Source of the DNA: Octopus vulgaris
Taxonomy: Eukaryota
Direction: 5' to 3'
Length of the DNA: 64,000 nt
Assembly (NCBI GenBank): GCA_951406725.2
Contig: OX597836.1
Coordinates: 38,626,001 to 38,690,000, forward strand
The notes under the pieces were generated by a model, which ran no database searches, was not told the DNA's origin, and saw nothing but the letters and a program-made list of their open reading frames with translations. This document shows, in pieces, positions 12,711-26,413 of this stretch. The position numbers were made by a program, and so were the translations under genes. Every line of letters starts with the position of its first letter. Position 1 is the stretch's first letter.

Positions 12711-13541
12711 GAGTTGAAGAATTAATGTAGTAGATTGGGTACTAAGGAAAGAACCTTTGGTGCTAACCTCTTCGTTGACAAGTTGAAGTATAAAGCTGTA
12801 GAGCAGTAAATGTAAACCTACTTTGATAAAAAAGAAAAGAATTTTATCCAAGGACATGTTCAACCTTAACTAAAGTTTAATACTTTTGTCTATTTGAGAT
12901 AAGCCCAAAACAAAGAATTTTATAAAGTAAAAATGATAAAGAAGACACTGTGTAATAAATGCGACAGAAAGTGATTAGGCCAAACAACATGTGAAGTAAA
13001 AACTGAAATAAACTACTATGTTACTTTGCTTTCCTGATGAGGACTAATAACACTGAAACACGACTGATATTGCTGCATCTACCAAACACCAGACTATTCT
13101 TTCTCTCATCCAAGGTTACTTAATTGGGTTTCTGGTACAGCAAACCCATTCAAGAATGGAAAAGCTTATTTTGAATGGTCTCCCTTATCATTGTTTGAGT
13201 GGATTAAGTAGTATTCAATGACGTTATCCACCCAACACCCACATCTTGTTAGGCACATACTCCTAATTAATTAAAGGTGTTGTCTTAACACATAACTTAT
13301 TAGTTATCATAATGTTTTATAAACATTTGGTTCTGTCATTCATGACAATCATAATAATTCTGTTGGAATAATTTAAATAATAATTCATATCATATAAGAA
13401 TACGAATTATGTAAAACAAATGTATTTTCATTTTCACTTTATATATATTTATATATAGACTTTAAGCTTTGCAAAAGAACTTTTCAAATAGATTTATCTT
13501 AAATATTTAGCATAAAAATTTGTTCAAATCTGTCAGATTAC

Positions 13542-13544
<3 letters not shown>

Positions 13545-13586
<42 letters not shown>

Positions 13587-13614
13587 GTAAGATTTAAAAT
13601 CATCATCATCATCA

Positions 13615-13659
<45 letters not shown>

Positions 13660-13704
13660 TATATATGTAAGATTTAAAATCATCATCATGATATATATAT
13701 ACAA

Positions 13705-13745
<41 letters not shown>

Positions 13746-13850
13746 CATATATATGTAAGATTTAAAATCATCATCATCATGATATATATATATATATATA
13801 TGTAAGATTTAAAATCCATATATATATATATATGGTTTTTAAATCTTACA
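13545..13850. repeat. Compound tandem repeat ATATGTAAGATTTAAAAT(CAT)n-(TA)n x4 with a terminal inverted copy
   Basis: Units near 13583, 13663, 13751 and 13798; TTTTAAATCTTACA at ~13837-13850. Confidence 0.85.
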
Positions 13851-14066
13851 GGAGAGCTTTTTAAACAAATTAACCTTAAATTATGTGTAATATATTTTAT
13901 AAAAATAGGTTCAAAACTGTCAGAACTTCCAACTGGGGAAGAAAATTGATGCAAGAAATTAAGCAGAGTGTTTGAATACGGAGATCTTAGAAGCTAGATA
14001 AATATGATTAGAAGCAAAAATTACAATAAGTAAAACGATTTTAAAAATAAAATATTAAATATTTTC

Positions 14067-14168
<102 letters not shown>

Positions 14169-14439
14169 TACATATATACACACACATACACACATTAAAA
14201 GTGTCATTATAGGATAAAGATTTGTTATATTTTCTATATTTTTTCGTCATCATCATCATCATATGTGGATATAAATTAAATGACAGAGGTTATAGAGGAA
14301 TAAATGTGATGTATGTATTCAATGTGAATATGAAACATAGAAATATATTTAAGTGTAAATGTTGCATGTTGGAGAGCAAAGCATAAGAAGATAGATGGAG
14401 TGCTTAGGTGAAAGAATACAAATGATTATGAACGAAAGG

Positions 14440-14970
14440 ATAGGGAGGGAGGGAGGGAGGTTTGGAAGGAAGGAAGGAAGGAAGGAAGGAAGGAAGGCAG
14501 GCAGGAAGGCAGGCAGGAAGGAAGGGAGGAATGAAGGGAGGGAGGGAGGAAAGGAGGAAGGGAGGGAGAGTGGGATGGAGGAAGGAAGGAAGGAAAGAAG
14601 AAAGGAAGGGAGGGAAGAAGGAAGAGGGGGAAGAAGGAAGGGAGGAGAAGGAAGGGATGGAGGGAGGGATGGAGGAAGGAAGGAAGGGGAGAAGGAAGGG
14701 TGGGGAAGGAAGAGAGGGGAAGGGGAAGGAAGGGAGGGAAAGGAAGGAAGGAAGGAAAGAAGGAAGGAAGGTAAGAAGGAAAGAGGAAAACAGAGTAAGA
14801 AAGAAAGAAAAAAGGGAAAGAAAGAAAGGAAAAAGAGGAAGAAAGAGAAGGGGATTAAAAGAAAGAAAGGAAGGAAGGTAGAATGAAAGAAGGACTGAAA
14901 GAGAGAAATAAAGACAGGTAGACAGAGACAGACAGACAAAGAAAGACACAAAGAGGGAGAGAGAAAGAAA
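14440..14970. repeat. Polypurine (GGAA/GGAG/GAAA)n tract
   Basis: ~500 bp almost free of pyrimidines on +; explains ORFs 14349-14991. Confidence 0.95.
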
Positions 14971-15937
14971 ATATGCAAATATTGTAGACACAGATCAGAA
15001 AAATAATTATACGAAAGGGAAAATGTGAATATGTCTATTTGTTTTAGTGAAGATTAAATTTATATCTGGTACTTTAAAAGAGCAGTGTGACATAAATTGA
15101 AATCATTCATTCATAGGGAAGGAAGGAAATAAACGAAGCATGCTTATATATATAAATCTGATGTATAGAAAACTCATCTACGTATATCCAGTCATCATTT
15201 TCTCGTACCACAGAAAAATTAGATGTTATATTAATATTCCATTGTCAAAATAATGGTAAGCAGATAAAACATTTCAAATTGTTTGGCTAAGCTTTTAGAA
15301 TTTCTGGTGGAAGACTAAAAGGGGATGTAAATGTAAGACTGCAAGACAAGGAAATATAATGACAGATACTGAAGAAAGAAACATGCAAAAGATTATTGGA
15401 ATCATGATAGATGATAATGATTTCTTAGGCAGACATATGAGGTTTAGCATGACGAGAAATGAGATATTGGTCTTTTAAGAATTTCTCCAATGAAGTCTTC
15501 GACTAGAAGTCTTAGACATGTCAGATTTAGTAAGAAGGAAAATGTTTGTTTATTTTTCTTTATTCTTTATATATATATATATATATGTATATCTTAACCC
15601 AGCATAAGTGATTTCTTCAGCTGGAAGTCTTAGCTAGACATACAAGGCTTAGCAGGAAGAGAGCTGAGATATTGGTAGTTTATACGTTTCCCCAATGTGA
15701 AGCATCGTCTTCAACTGAAAATCAAATCCCCTCATCATGGATTTGGTTCATAAGAAGCTTAACTTTATTCTAATTATAATAACTAGCAAGACCAGTGGAA
15801 ATTTCATGGCATAAATCAGCACATTTGAAAACATTATGTTAGTATATTGAACACAAGGGGTTTCAAAAAATTCTTTGGATATCTTGCCATTGAGTAAGGT
15901 ATTGCAATAAATAAAATATCAAATAAAATAAGTTATG

Positions 15938-16182
15938 CTATTGTGTCTGGGGAGAGTCATTTTCTTTTTGTGCCTTATTATTTAACACACTCACCAGTAA
16001 AATTTCCACTTTTTTCTTATTTTAATTTTTATTGTCCTAAAAATAAGAAAAAAGTGGAAATTTTACCGGTGAGTGTGTTAAATAATAAGGCACAAAAAGA
16101 AAATGACTCTCCCCAGACACAACAGAATATGCTTCAACACACAAACTCATACAAAGAATCTTGCAAACCAAATCCAAAAACG
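15938..16182. mobile_element. Fold-back, 5'-inverted retroelement fragment, probably Penelope-like
   Basis: Inverted arms 15941-16023 and 16039-16122; direct repeat AAATAAAATAAGTTATG at 15921-15937 and 16183-16199 (candidate TSD). Confidence 0.7.
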
Positions 16183-17822
16183 AAATAAAATAAGTTATGA
16201 ATATCATTTAAAAAGTTTCTGTCATTGACATACGGTCATATATACATTTCAGTAGGGAGTGAGGTAGAATCAATTCGATCATATCGTCTCAAATACTTTA
16301 TTGTTACATTTGGCTGAATTATTCCAACTAGGATGAAAGGATAAAAAAAAAAAAAAAATCAACTTTTATAAGGTTTCATTTCGAAATACTAGTTTCCTTT
16401 CCTCTTTTTTTTTTTTTTAAAAAAGGTAAAAAACATATTTAATTGCAATAAGTCAAATATATTACTGTTACTTATTCTATCAACTCTGAAAAAAAAAATA
16501 AATAAATGAACGGCAAAAATCATCTCTAGCAAAATTTGAAGTAAGAAAAGATAAATTATATTAGATAATATAATCATCCACCGTTTGCTATAGTAATTAT
16601 AATACAAAACAGAGTGAATATTTGTAAGTCGCATGAACAAATCTCATTACAGATGCGTATATATGATCAAGAGTAATTAAATTAGATTCGTACAATTGAT
16701 GCAGAGATGAAGGTTGAGATGCATTAGGAATCATCAATATGAAACCCACCACCTTTTGTAGTTGTGGTGATGGAGATGCTGGTTGAAGCAAAAAAAAAAA
16801 TGTTATCACGAAAGTTGATGCAAGAAGGTGATATGATGTTAGAAATTGTGAATGAATGGACAAAAGTAGATAAATTTATAGAAACAAAAAAAAGGGTATG
16901 AAGGGGTATGAAAGAAAGACAAAGATGATGATGGTAAGGAATGTAGGTCAGTGATGAACCCTAGGAGTCATAAGGATGGAGCTGAAGCCGGTTTCATGGT
17001 GAGGAAATGAATGAGATCACAGCATTACTCCACCCTGAATGGGATGCCAGCCTGTCACAGATTTAACTCCCCCTGCTATTGGTTAGTCCACATTATTCCA
17101 TAGAGAGCATAGGGTGAGCTTCCCAGTTTCTCTTGCACATATATTCCTCCCCTGATGGGATACTGGTCTGTCACAGCATTACTCATTTTTACCAGCCGAG
17201 TGGACTGGAACAACATAAAATGAAGTGTTTTGCTCAAGAACTGTGGTGTTAGTAGTGTTATGGGCTGTGATGGAGCTATGTGGTGTTGGTGGAGGGGACT
17301 GCAGATGAGGTGGACAGAAATAAGGCTTGCAGGGGCCGGCGGAAGAGTGAAAGGGGCATACGTGGTCAGGAAGCACTTGTGGGCAGTTTGAGCTGAGACC
17401 GCAGAGAGGCAAGATGTGTTTAATTCATGAGAGTGACCGCTGATTCCGCCGAGGTCAACAGGTAAGGCCTTTTGTATTTCTTTCTCCCGTTTGCTTCTTT
17501 TTCTGTTGTCCTTTTCTTCCACCACACTACAAGAACACAACACATCACCTGGTCCAGGAATCAAAACCACAATCACAAGTCAAACACCCTAACCATTAAA
17601 CCATGCAACTTACTGATAGTTGAGTAAACTAGAACTGCATGAAAATAAAGAGTTTTGCTCAAGAACACAGCTGCCTGGTTTGGAAATCAAAACTGCAATC
17701 TTACAATTGCAAATGCAACACTAACCATTAGGCCATGCACCATCAGTAAAACATGCAATAAGACAGAAAGAACAAAGGAATTGCAGTGTGCAGTAAGAGT
17801 GTTGGAGTAAATTCCATTAAAT

Positions 17823-18065
17823 CCGTGATTCTCAAACCAGAGTTCATGTGATCCTTGGGGGTCCATGTAAGATTCTGTTGTTAAAATTTATGTGCAATAA
17901 ACTGGTCATATTTCTACAATACACAAAATGTTTTAATTTTTTGTACAATTCCTAATAACATTTAATTATAGAAATTTAATAAGAATTTTTGGTTATAAAA
18001 GTCCAGTTGAGGAGAATGGGGTCACCAAAGGGGTCCATAGGCAGAAAAATGGTTGAGAATCACAG
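17823..18065. mobile_element. hAT (Charlie-like) MITE
   Basis: TIRs CCGTGATTCTCAA and TTGAGAATCACAG; degenerate 8-bp TSD CATTAAAT/CGTTAACT. Confidence 0.7.
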
Positions 18066-18659
18066 CGTTAACTGTTCAATATATGTTGGGAAAGTTTGTA
18101 TAAATGTAGGTGCGAGAGAAGATTATTAACTGGTGTGGCAGCTACAAAAGTAGGTAGTGTAAGAGTTTGTATGGAAGGAGCTGCTGGTTGAGGGCCTGTT
18201 GAATTGGATCTTGGGAATGGCATGAAGAGGGAAGGTGTGAAACGATTTTGGCAGGTAGGTGATTGGGTTGAACGGAGAAGGTGGATCAAACTCAGTTAAC
18301 AGTAGCTGCAGTGGACGCTCATGGAAGAAGTTCTGGGAACTGAGTGGTGTACTAATGAGAAGAGGAGTGTCACTGAAACTGGGTGAGGAGTGATGTGATA
18401 GATAGGAGTGAGATAAGAAAGATGAGTGTGGAGTGTCAGATGAGGCTGGAAAGAATGGAAATGAGAAAGGTCAGTGGATGAGCAGAGTGTTACTGAGAAG
18501 ATGGAGAATTGTAGTGGATGATGGAAATAGTGCCAAACCCATGATGCCAGCATGGAAAATGTTAAATGTTGATGTTGTGAAGAGAAATGGAATGAAATGG
18601 CTGAGTATTATATGGAAGAAGGATGAAGATGGCTGGATGAGAGAAGACAGAGCAATGAA

Positions 18660-19150
18660 TCATCATCATCGTTTAATGTCTGCTTTCCATGCTAGCATGG
18701 GTTGGATGATTTGACTGAGGGCTGGCGAACCAGATGGCTGCACCAGGCTTCAATCTTGATCTAGCAGAGTTTCTACAGCTGGATGCCCTTCCTAATGCCA
18801 ACCACTCCGAAAGTGTAGTGGGTGCTTTTACGTGCCACCAGCACAGGGCCAGTCAGGCGGTACTGGCAATGACCTCGCTTGAATCTTTTACATATGCCAC
18901 CGGCACAGGTGCCAGAAAGGTGATGCTGGTGATGATCATGCTCGAATGGTGTCTTTTACGTGCCACCGGCACGGAGGCTAGATAGCCACTCTGGCAACGA
19001 TCACACTCAGATGGTGCTCTTAATACCCTACTAGCACGGGGCTCGCGTGCTAATAAGGCGACGCTGGTAACAATCACACTTGAATAGTGCTTTTTAAGTG
19101 CCACTGGCACAGAAGCCAGTTAGCCACTCGTCAATGATCACACTCGTATG
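18660..19150 (-). mobile_element. Family D element with ~5 internal ~62-65-bp repeats
   Basis: (CAT)n start; repeated TGCCAC(C/T)GGCAC...GCCAG...TGG(C/T)AA(C/T)GATCAC units homologous to the 47.8-49.4 kb array. Confidence 0.88.
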
Positions 19151-20339
19151 GTAAGTAAACGAGAAAGACTAAGACAGACGTGACTAAAGATGATGAGGGA
19201 GAAAAGAAGGGATGATGTTAGATGAAATGAGACACAGAGAAGACTATCATGGGGCCTACAGGATTTACTTAGCAGGGAAAATAAGCTTAAAATGTTTGTT
19301 GTTGTTAAACTCAATATTATCTTTCAATTTTAATAAATGTCAGTAATGTAAATTGTCACAGTGCATTGGTTTACCTGTTATTTTTCTTTGTAAAATATCT
19401 ACCTACAAAACAAACCAACAAGAGAGCCTCTCTCTCTTTGTGTTCACTGACCCTACTAAAAATAGTAACCAAAATTGCCTCAAACCATGCTATATTTCAA
19501 AAGAAGAACACAATAGATAATGGAGTCCTGAGTAGATTGTCTGGAAACATGATGGATTGGAATTGTGTGGAGTGGTCTTGATCAGTGTCAAATTATGACT
19601 TGACCTATGGTTAAATAACAACACTATACCCCCAAAATGATTCTAAAATAAAATTCTTTTACATAATAATTGATTATAATATTGAGGACTGATTAATGGA
19701 GGAGAATAATATGTTGATTAGAGCAACATGTAACAAATGTTCAAATGTAATGATCTTGGCTAATTAGAAATCAAACTCATTAATTTGTTTGTTTCATTTG
19801 AGAAATTATACGACTGTGCACACAAAACAATGTCCAGTGCTTACAATTAAAGGTTTTAACTAACTAATTCTTAGAAATAAACTTCAGGCAACCTTCATTT
19901 GACAGAAGCTATGAAGAATTCTAATGAAAGGCAGCACTTGGAAAAAAGAACCAAAAACAAACAAAAACAGAATATCACAAAGTTCTCTTTTAAGTTAACG
20001 AGGATATTTCAAGCTAACAAAGAATATCTGGGTAAAAGACCTGTATAAAATAAATCATTTAAAGCCATTTTTTTTTGTTTTGAAATTTGTAACCAACCCA
20101 GCATGGTCACAGCACATTAGTTTCTTCGCTATTTTTCTTTGAATGACTCGGATCAGGAAAGAAAGCACCCATTACCTTTAACACTTTAGCACACACCCCT
20201 ACACACACATGCACACACACACACGCACACACAACTGGTGGCCTGAAATTATCCTCAGACCAGAGACCTAACCTGAATAATTAGAACAGAATGCATCCAA
20301 AGTTCTAGCAATGATGGTGTAAAAAGTGCATTAAATAGG

Positions 20340-21112
20340 TGAAGGCATAGCTGTGCATCAAGAAGTTTGCTTCCCAACCACATGGTCTCAGGTTCAGTCC
20401 CACTGTATGACACGTTGGGCATGACCAAAGCCTTGTGTGTGGATTTGGTAGACAGAAACTGAAAGAAGCCCTTTGTACATGTGTGTGCATGTGTACATGG
20501 TTGTGTCCCACCACAACTGGTGTAGGTGTTTACATCTTCGTAACTTAGTGGTTAGGCAAAAGATACCAACAGAATAAGTACCAGCCTTAACAAAATTAAG
20601 TACTGCGGTTCATTCATTTGACTAAAAATTCTTCAAGGCAGTGCCCCAGCATGGCCACAGTCTAATGATTGAAACAAATAAAAGATAAAAGAATAATAAG
20701 CAACAGTAAACGAATCATCAGTAAATTGTTTCAGAAGAAATTTTAAGCTAGGTGCAAACATGGCTGTGTGGTTAAGAAGCTTGCTCTTGCAACCATATGG
20801 TATTAGGTTCAATCCCACTGCATGGCACCCTGGACAAGTGGTGTCTTCTACAGCCCCAAGCCAACTTGTGAGTGAATTCAGGAGATGGAAACTGTGTTCA
20901 AATCCATTGCACCTGTGTGTGAGCCCCACTCTCTGGGCCAATCATTGTTAGCATATTCATGTCTATAACTTAGTGATTTCAGTAAATAGGACCAGACCAA
21001 CAAATAAGCACTAGGCACAAAAAAAAACAAAGTCCTGGAGTGGATTAGTTTTGACTAAATCCTTCAAAACAATGTTGCAGAATGGCTGCAGTCCAATGAC
21101 TGAAACAAGTAG
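20340..21112 (+). mobile_element. Two adjacent decayed family B SINEs (~20340-20690, ~20750-21112)
   Basis: Heads ...CAACCACATGG...GGTTCA(G/A)TCCCACTG; tails AATGA(C/T)TGAAACAA. Confidence 0.75.
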
Positions 21113-21179
21113 AAAAAAAATAGCTGCCATTATGAATTACAAGAAAGATAAAGGAAGATATTCAAGAATGAAACAGCTA

Positions 21180-21420
21180 CATAGGATCAAAACTGATGGA
21201 TTAACTGATCAGGAAAGTATTTGAGATGCAGTTCAGATTTGTGCCAAATCCTCTAGGAAGAGGGCATCAGCATAACACCAGTGCCTGCCCTCCTGTGAGA
21301 TGACTACAAGAGATGTTCTTAACTTAGAGCAAGTCACTCTACATAGAATTTGTTTATCTAGAGAAGGCCTTTGACAGAGTACTTATGCTTTGTAGTTTTA
21401 TGATTGCAATGAAAACTAGG
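21180..21420 (+). pseudogene. RTE-clade LINE reverse-transcriptase fragment
   Basis: EMQFRFVP...GRG...LQEMFL..SKSLYIEFVYLEKAFDRV, decayed forms of the Q.GF..GR and F.DLEKAFDRV motifs. Confidence 0.75.
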
Positions 21421-21449
21421 TGTAGTTTATTTTCTCTTTTTTTTTTGCC

Positions 21450-21765
21450 AGAGCAATGGCCCAGTGGTTAGGGCAGCAGACTCGTGGTCAGAGGATCGCA
21501 GTTTTGATTCCCAGACCGGATGTTGTGCGTGTTTATTGAGCGAAAACAGCTAAAGCTCCACGAGGCTCGGGCAGGGGGTGGTGGCGACCCCTGTTGTACT
21601 CTTTCGCCCCAACTTTCTCTCACTCTTTCTTCCTGTTTCTTGAATAATGCTGCGATGGACTGGCATCCCGTCCAGCTGGGGGGAACACATATGCCATAGA
21701 AACCGGGAAACTGGGCCCATGAGCCTGGCTAGGCTTTTAAAAGGGTGCATAAATAAAAAAAAAAA
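21450..21765 (+). mobile_element. Family C SINE
   Basis: GCAATGGCCCAGTGGTTAGGGCAGCAGACTCGTGGTCAGAGGATCGC...poly(A) tail. Confidence 0.88.
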
Positions 21766-21917
21766 GTGCATGCCATGTACAGAGGTGCTGCATCTGTCAC
21801 AGTCATAGTTTGTCACCAGACTCTACCTGTCAGTCTACATGGCACTTTTATCCATGCATCCATTTGTGCCGCATGCCCATACCAGCTCAATCATCTCTAC
21901 TTCAGATCGAATAATAC

Positions 21918-22152
21918 CTATTTTTTTACTACCCACAAGAAGCTAAATCATTGTGGGGACAAACAAGGACAGACAGACGGATTAAGTCGATTATATAGAC
22001 CCCAGTGTGTAACTGGTACTTAATCTATCGACCCCGAAAGGATGAAAGGCAAAGTCGACCTCGGCAGAATTTGAACTCAGAACGTAACGACAGACGAAAT
22101 GCTGCTAAGCATTTCACCTGGTGCGCTAACATCTCTGCCAGCTCACCGCCTT
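21918..22152 (-). mobile_element. Family A SINE, followed by a piggyBac-like MITE (~22187-22413)
   Basis: Family A motifs with flanking ATCGAATAATA repeats; the MITE ends GTTAAAGGGTTA. Confidence 0.85.
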
Positions 22153-23340
22153 AAAATATCGAATAATAAAAGATCAAATAATACCTTTAATCTTTTACCA
22201 TTCAGATTACTCAATCAAACGTAATATTAGTTCATTTACATCATTTTGAATGAATCATGTATTATCTTGCAGCTTTGAGATTTTAATGATGTGATTGTTT
22301 GTTTTTAGAATGACATTGTAGGGTAGGTGTGAGAGGCTGGATATGGCCAGTTTGAACATAAAACAGGTAGAATATTTGGGCTAGATTTGACCAGTTTGAA
22401 TGTTAAAGGGTTAGTATCCAACCTCTCTCCCTCTTTCTCTCTCTCTGTCTGTCAGTCTCTCTCTCTTTGTGCATGCTTCTTATGCTACAATTTTATTCTG
22501 CATATATGCCTATAAAAATACCTTGAGTAATTTTAACAATAGAATATCTAAGCAGGTAGTAATTAAATACTGTTAATTTATTACACATTTCATACTAATT
22601 ACATATCTCGTATAACACAGAAATCATTAAACAACACTGATTTTAATGAAACCAGGGAGAGAGAAGTGCACAGCTACAACCTTTCAGATAATTGTTTTCA
22701 AGAACAATAAAATTAAATTCTTTCTTGTTAGCTAGTAGCACTTAGTTACTTGATATAAACCCTAGTTGGTCATAATAACAGATGGCCATTTTTACAGGTA
22801 ATTTTGTCTTGCCTACTTAAATTTTAAATGTAAAGTAATTTTCTTTAATGGACCTTCATGTGACCAGTGTCATTTTTACGGTGGCCTTTCTCACGGATTT
22901 AACTTTAATTAACTATAGAGAAGGTCCCCATTCCAAAATTAAATGAATTTTGATTGTTCCTGAATTGCACATTTTGCAAATGATCGGATGTGAGATATCA
23001 TATGAAGGAATTAAAACAGATTGTGAGAGAATTAGAGAATTCATAAAAAAACACACACACAGACTGTTACATTCACTTCCAACTTTGCTAACACTTGTTG
23101 ACATGATATATATCATCATTTTCGCAGTAACTGAATCATAGACAAATGATCAGAAAAAACAAAATTACTTTGGTAATAAAAAATATTGAAATAAAAGTGA
23201 ATAAGAGAGAGCATGTACACTTTTAGTATCTACAAATCTTCAATGACCACCACAAGGCAATTATCTTTATTATTGTCTGATTTACAATTATATCATTTTA
23301 TACACACACATACACACACACATATATATATATATATATA

Positions 23341-23630
23341 GTGGAGGCACATGGCCTAGTGGTTAGAGCAGCGGACTTGTGGTCGAGGGATCGCGGGTTT
23401 GAATCTCAGACAAGGCAATGTGTGTGTTTATGAGTGAAACACCTAAGTTCCACGTGGCTCTGGCGAACTTCTGCTGACTCTTTTGCCACAACTTTCTCTC
23501 ATTCTTTCCTCCTGCATCTTGCAGCTCACCTCCGACGGACCAGCGTCTCATCCAGGTGGGGAACCTATACGCCAAGGAAACCAGGAAACTGGCCCTTATG
23601 AGCCAGGCGTGGCTCAAGAAAGAACAAACG
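23341..23630 (+). mobile_element. Family C SINE within (TA)n
   Basis: GTGGAGGCACATGGCCTAGTGGTTAGAGCAGCGG...GGGTTTGAATCTC. Confidence 0.85.
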
Positions 23631-23667
<37 letters not shown>

Positions 23668-25174
23668 GGGAGTATGGCTCCAAACTTACAGGGAAAAATT
23701 AGATTTAGGATTAAATCAAATTTCACAGTATAAATATATATAATATGAATTAGAGATAAAACCACTATTAGGCAACTCAAACAGTGATAGACATAAACTA
23801 ATATATAAATAACAAATAATATAGATATAATTCATATATATATATTGTGTATGTGTCTGTGCATGTATGTGTGTACATGTGTGTAAGTGTGTGCATGTGT
23901 GTATATGTATGTGTGTGTGCATGTATATATATGTGTGCACATGTGTGTGTGTGTGTATGTTTAATGCAAATGTAAAAGGATGATTTCTATTTTGTGATTT
24001 TTGGACAGTAATTTTTTGTTTTCTTTCAAACTGAAAAAAAAAAAAAAATTTGAACTTCTTTCAGTTTCCATTCTACAACATAACATTTAACAAAGCTTAC
24101 ACTAATAGACATTTATGTACTTAGATACCATTTATACATGATGAGAAAATATATATGACAATGATGACGATAGCACGAAGAATTACAAATAGGAATATGT
24201 TTAAATTTCATACCAACTTAATTGGCTTCCGCAATGAATGCAAATGATAATTACAAAGAAGATATTATTACAATCTGTCAGATACCAGCAGCAGAAACTT
24301 GAAGTATATTTCCCCAGGATTACTTGTGATGGAAACATGTATACCAGAATAACTGCACATACTGTGTGTCTTGTATCATTAAGTTTGACAATACCTATCA
24401 TTATCACAGGTCATGAATATGGATGATAACGACAACGAAACAACGTTTGTGGCATTTAGTCTTAATAAATTTCATTTCTGAGTTATGATAATTGTACATT
24501 TCCCAAGAAATTTCATTTCAAATATGAACTAGTTGCAGGATATATATCAAACAGGATATTTTGTTTTGCTTATTTTCCTGCTTAAATTTTACCGAGTAAT
24601 TAAATTATAATGTTTCAAGAAGAAACTTAGCTTAATGAACTTAACTTTGTTACTAAATATAATTATATCCATTTTCTTTTTTTTTTCCCCTACAAGTAGG
24701 AGTTTGGATACAAAGTTATTTGAGGCAGGATTGTGAAGCTGGATGCTCTCCCTATCACCAACACTTATATTTTTCCAAGTAAGGGACACCATTATTACAA
24801 AGGCGGATATTACCATTATTACAAAATGCCACTTAGCACACCACACAAAATGCCGCTAAGCATTCCTTACATTCTGTATTCAAATTCCATTGAAGTTAAC
24901 TGCTTTTCATCCTTTCATGGTAAATGAAATAAGTACCAGTTATTCACTGGAGTCGATATAATCAACTAGCCCCTCCCCCAAAATTTCGGGCCTTCTGCCT
25001 ATACTAGAAAGAATTATTACAAAGGTGTTGAAAAATAGAATATCAGAGAATCAGAGTGACTGATCATACAGACAACAAAGAATGCCAGCATCAATAAGCT
25101 GCTTCACTCAAGAATGGTGACAGACATGGAATATGTAAACATAGGGGTACATAGGACTGCTTACACATAAACAT

Positions 25175-25211
<37 letters not shown>

Positions 25212-25234
25212 GCACTGGACATATATACATACAT

Positions 25235-25628
25235 ACTCTTTTACTAGTTTCAGTCATTTGACTGTGACCATGCTAGAACACCGCCTTTAGTTGAGCAAAT
25301 CGACCCCAGGACTCATTCTTTGTAAGCCTAGTACTTATTCTATCAGTCTCTTTTGCTGAACCACTAAGTTATGGGGACGTAAACACACCAGCATCGGTTG
25401 TCAAGTAATATTGGGGGGGACAAACACAGACACATACACACATACATATATATATACACATATAAACGACGGGCTTCTTTCAGTTTCTGCCTACCAAATC
25501 CAGTCACAAGGCTTTGGTCGGCCTGAGGCTATAGTAGAAGACACTTGCCCATGGTGCCACGCAGTGGGAGTGAACCCAGAACCATGTGGTTGGTAAGCAA
25601 GCTACTTACCACACAGCCACTCCTGTGC
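25235..25628 (-). mobile_element. Family B SINE
   Basis: Reverse complement of the 1435-1834 element. Confidence 0.88.
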
Positions 25629-26413
25629 TTTTATTTATATGCATGTGTGTGTGTATATGTGTGTGTGTGTTTCCATTTACGGAATACCCACATGGCATTG
25701 ATCAATTTGGAACAAGAGAAGATGCTTAACCAAAATGCTGCATACCGAGATTGAACCTGGATGCATGCAGTTGCAAAAGCAAACTTAATCACATCCCCCG
25801 TAACTATGTTTAAATACATATATACATATTTCAAAATCAGCGGAATAATAGCAACTACTGTACTACGAGGGTCAGCAAGTTCAAAACAAAACTTCTTATG
25901 CAATCAGCATTCATAATTGTTCTTGTGTCGGATGCATATCGATTTCTTTTGATTTGGCACAAAACCAATTTTTGCAGCTTAAGAGCACAGTTGATTAAAT
26001 CAACTTCAGCACTTACTATTGCTTATTTTATTGACTTCGATGTGATGCAAGGTAAAGTCAACCCTATAAGGAATTTGAATTGAGATCTGTGAAGGAGGGA
26101 AATAAGTACTATAGATATTTGCACAATTTAATTTCCTCCCTCAAGTCTGCCGATTGAACAACTTCTATCACCTTCTTCTACCTATTATATGTATGTATAA
26201 TGCTTGTCAGTAAACATAATAGCTTTTAGTTTACAACTTATTCTCTTGCAGTTTGTCAGTAGAATATCGTTATCTAATTATAAATTTTCATAGTATGAAT
26301 ACAAATTATGAAGAAATATGTATAAGTTTAGTCTCTCATCGATAATGTGGGCATTCAGCCATGGTGACTTAAAACATAAACTTTGATTCACCTTTACAAT
26401 TTCACTCAGGGAA

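Noticed and set aside
13030-13070. CTGATGAG...GAAAC motif (a similar one lies on - at ~50440-50470)
   Set aside because: Stems and cleavage triplet cannot be formed; at most heavily decayed Penelope relics.
14349-14991. K/E/G/R-rich and L/P/S/F-rich ORFs
   Set aside because: A polypurine simple repeat that lacks stops by composition.
18070-18660. Purine-rich stretch possibly from a CR1/L2 LINE on the minus strand
   Set aside because: No diagnostic endonuclease or RT motif could be read.
21450-21525. tRNA-like sequences here and at other SINE heads
   Set aside because: They lack complete cloverleaf pairing and run straight into SINE bodies, so they are not tRNA genes.
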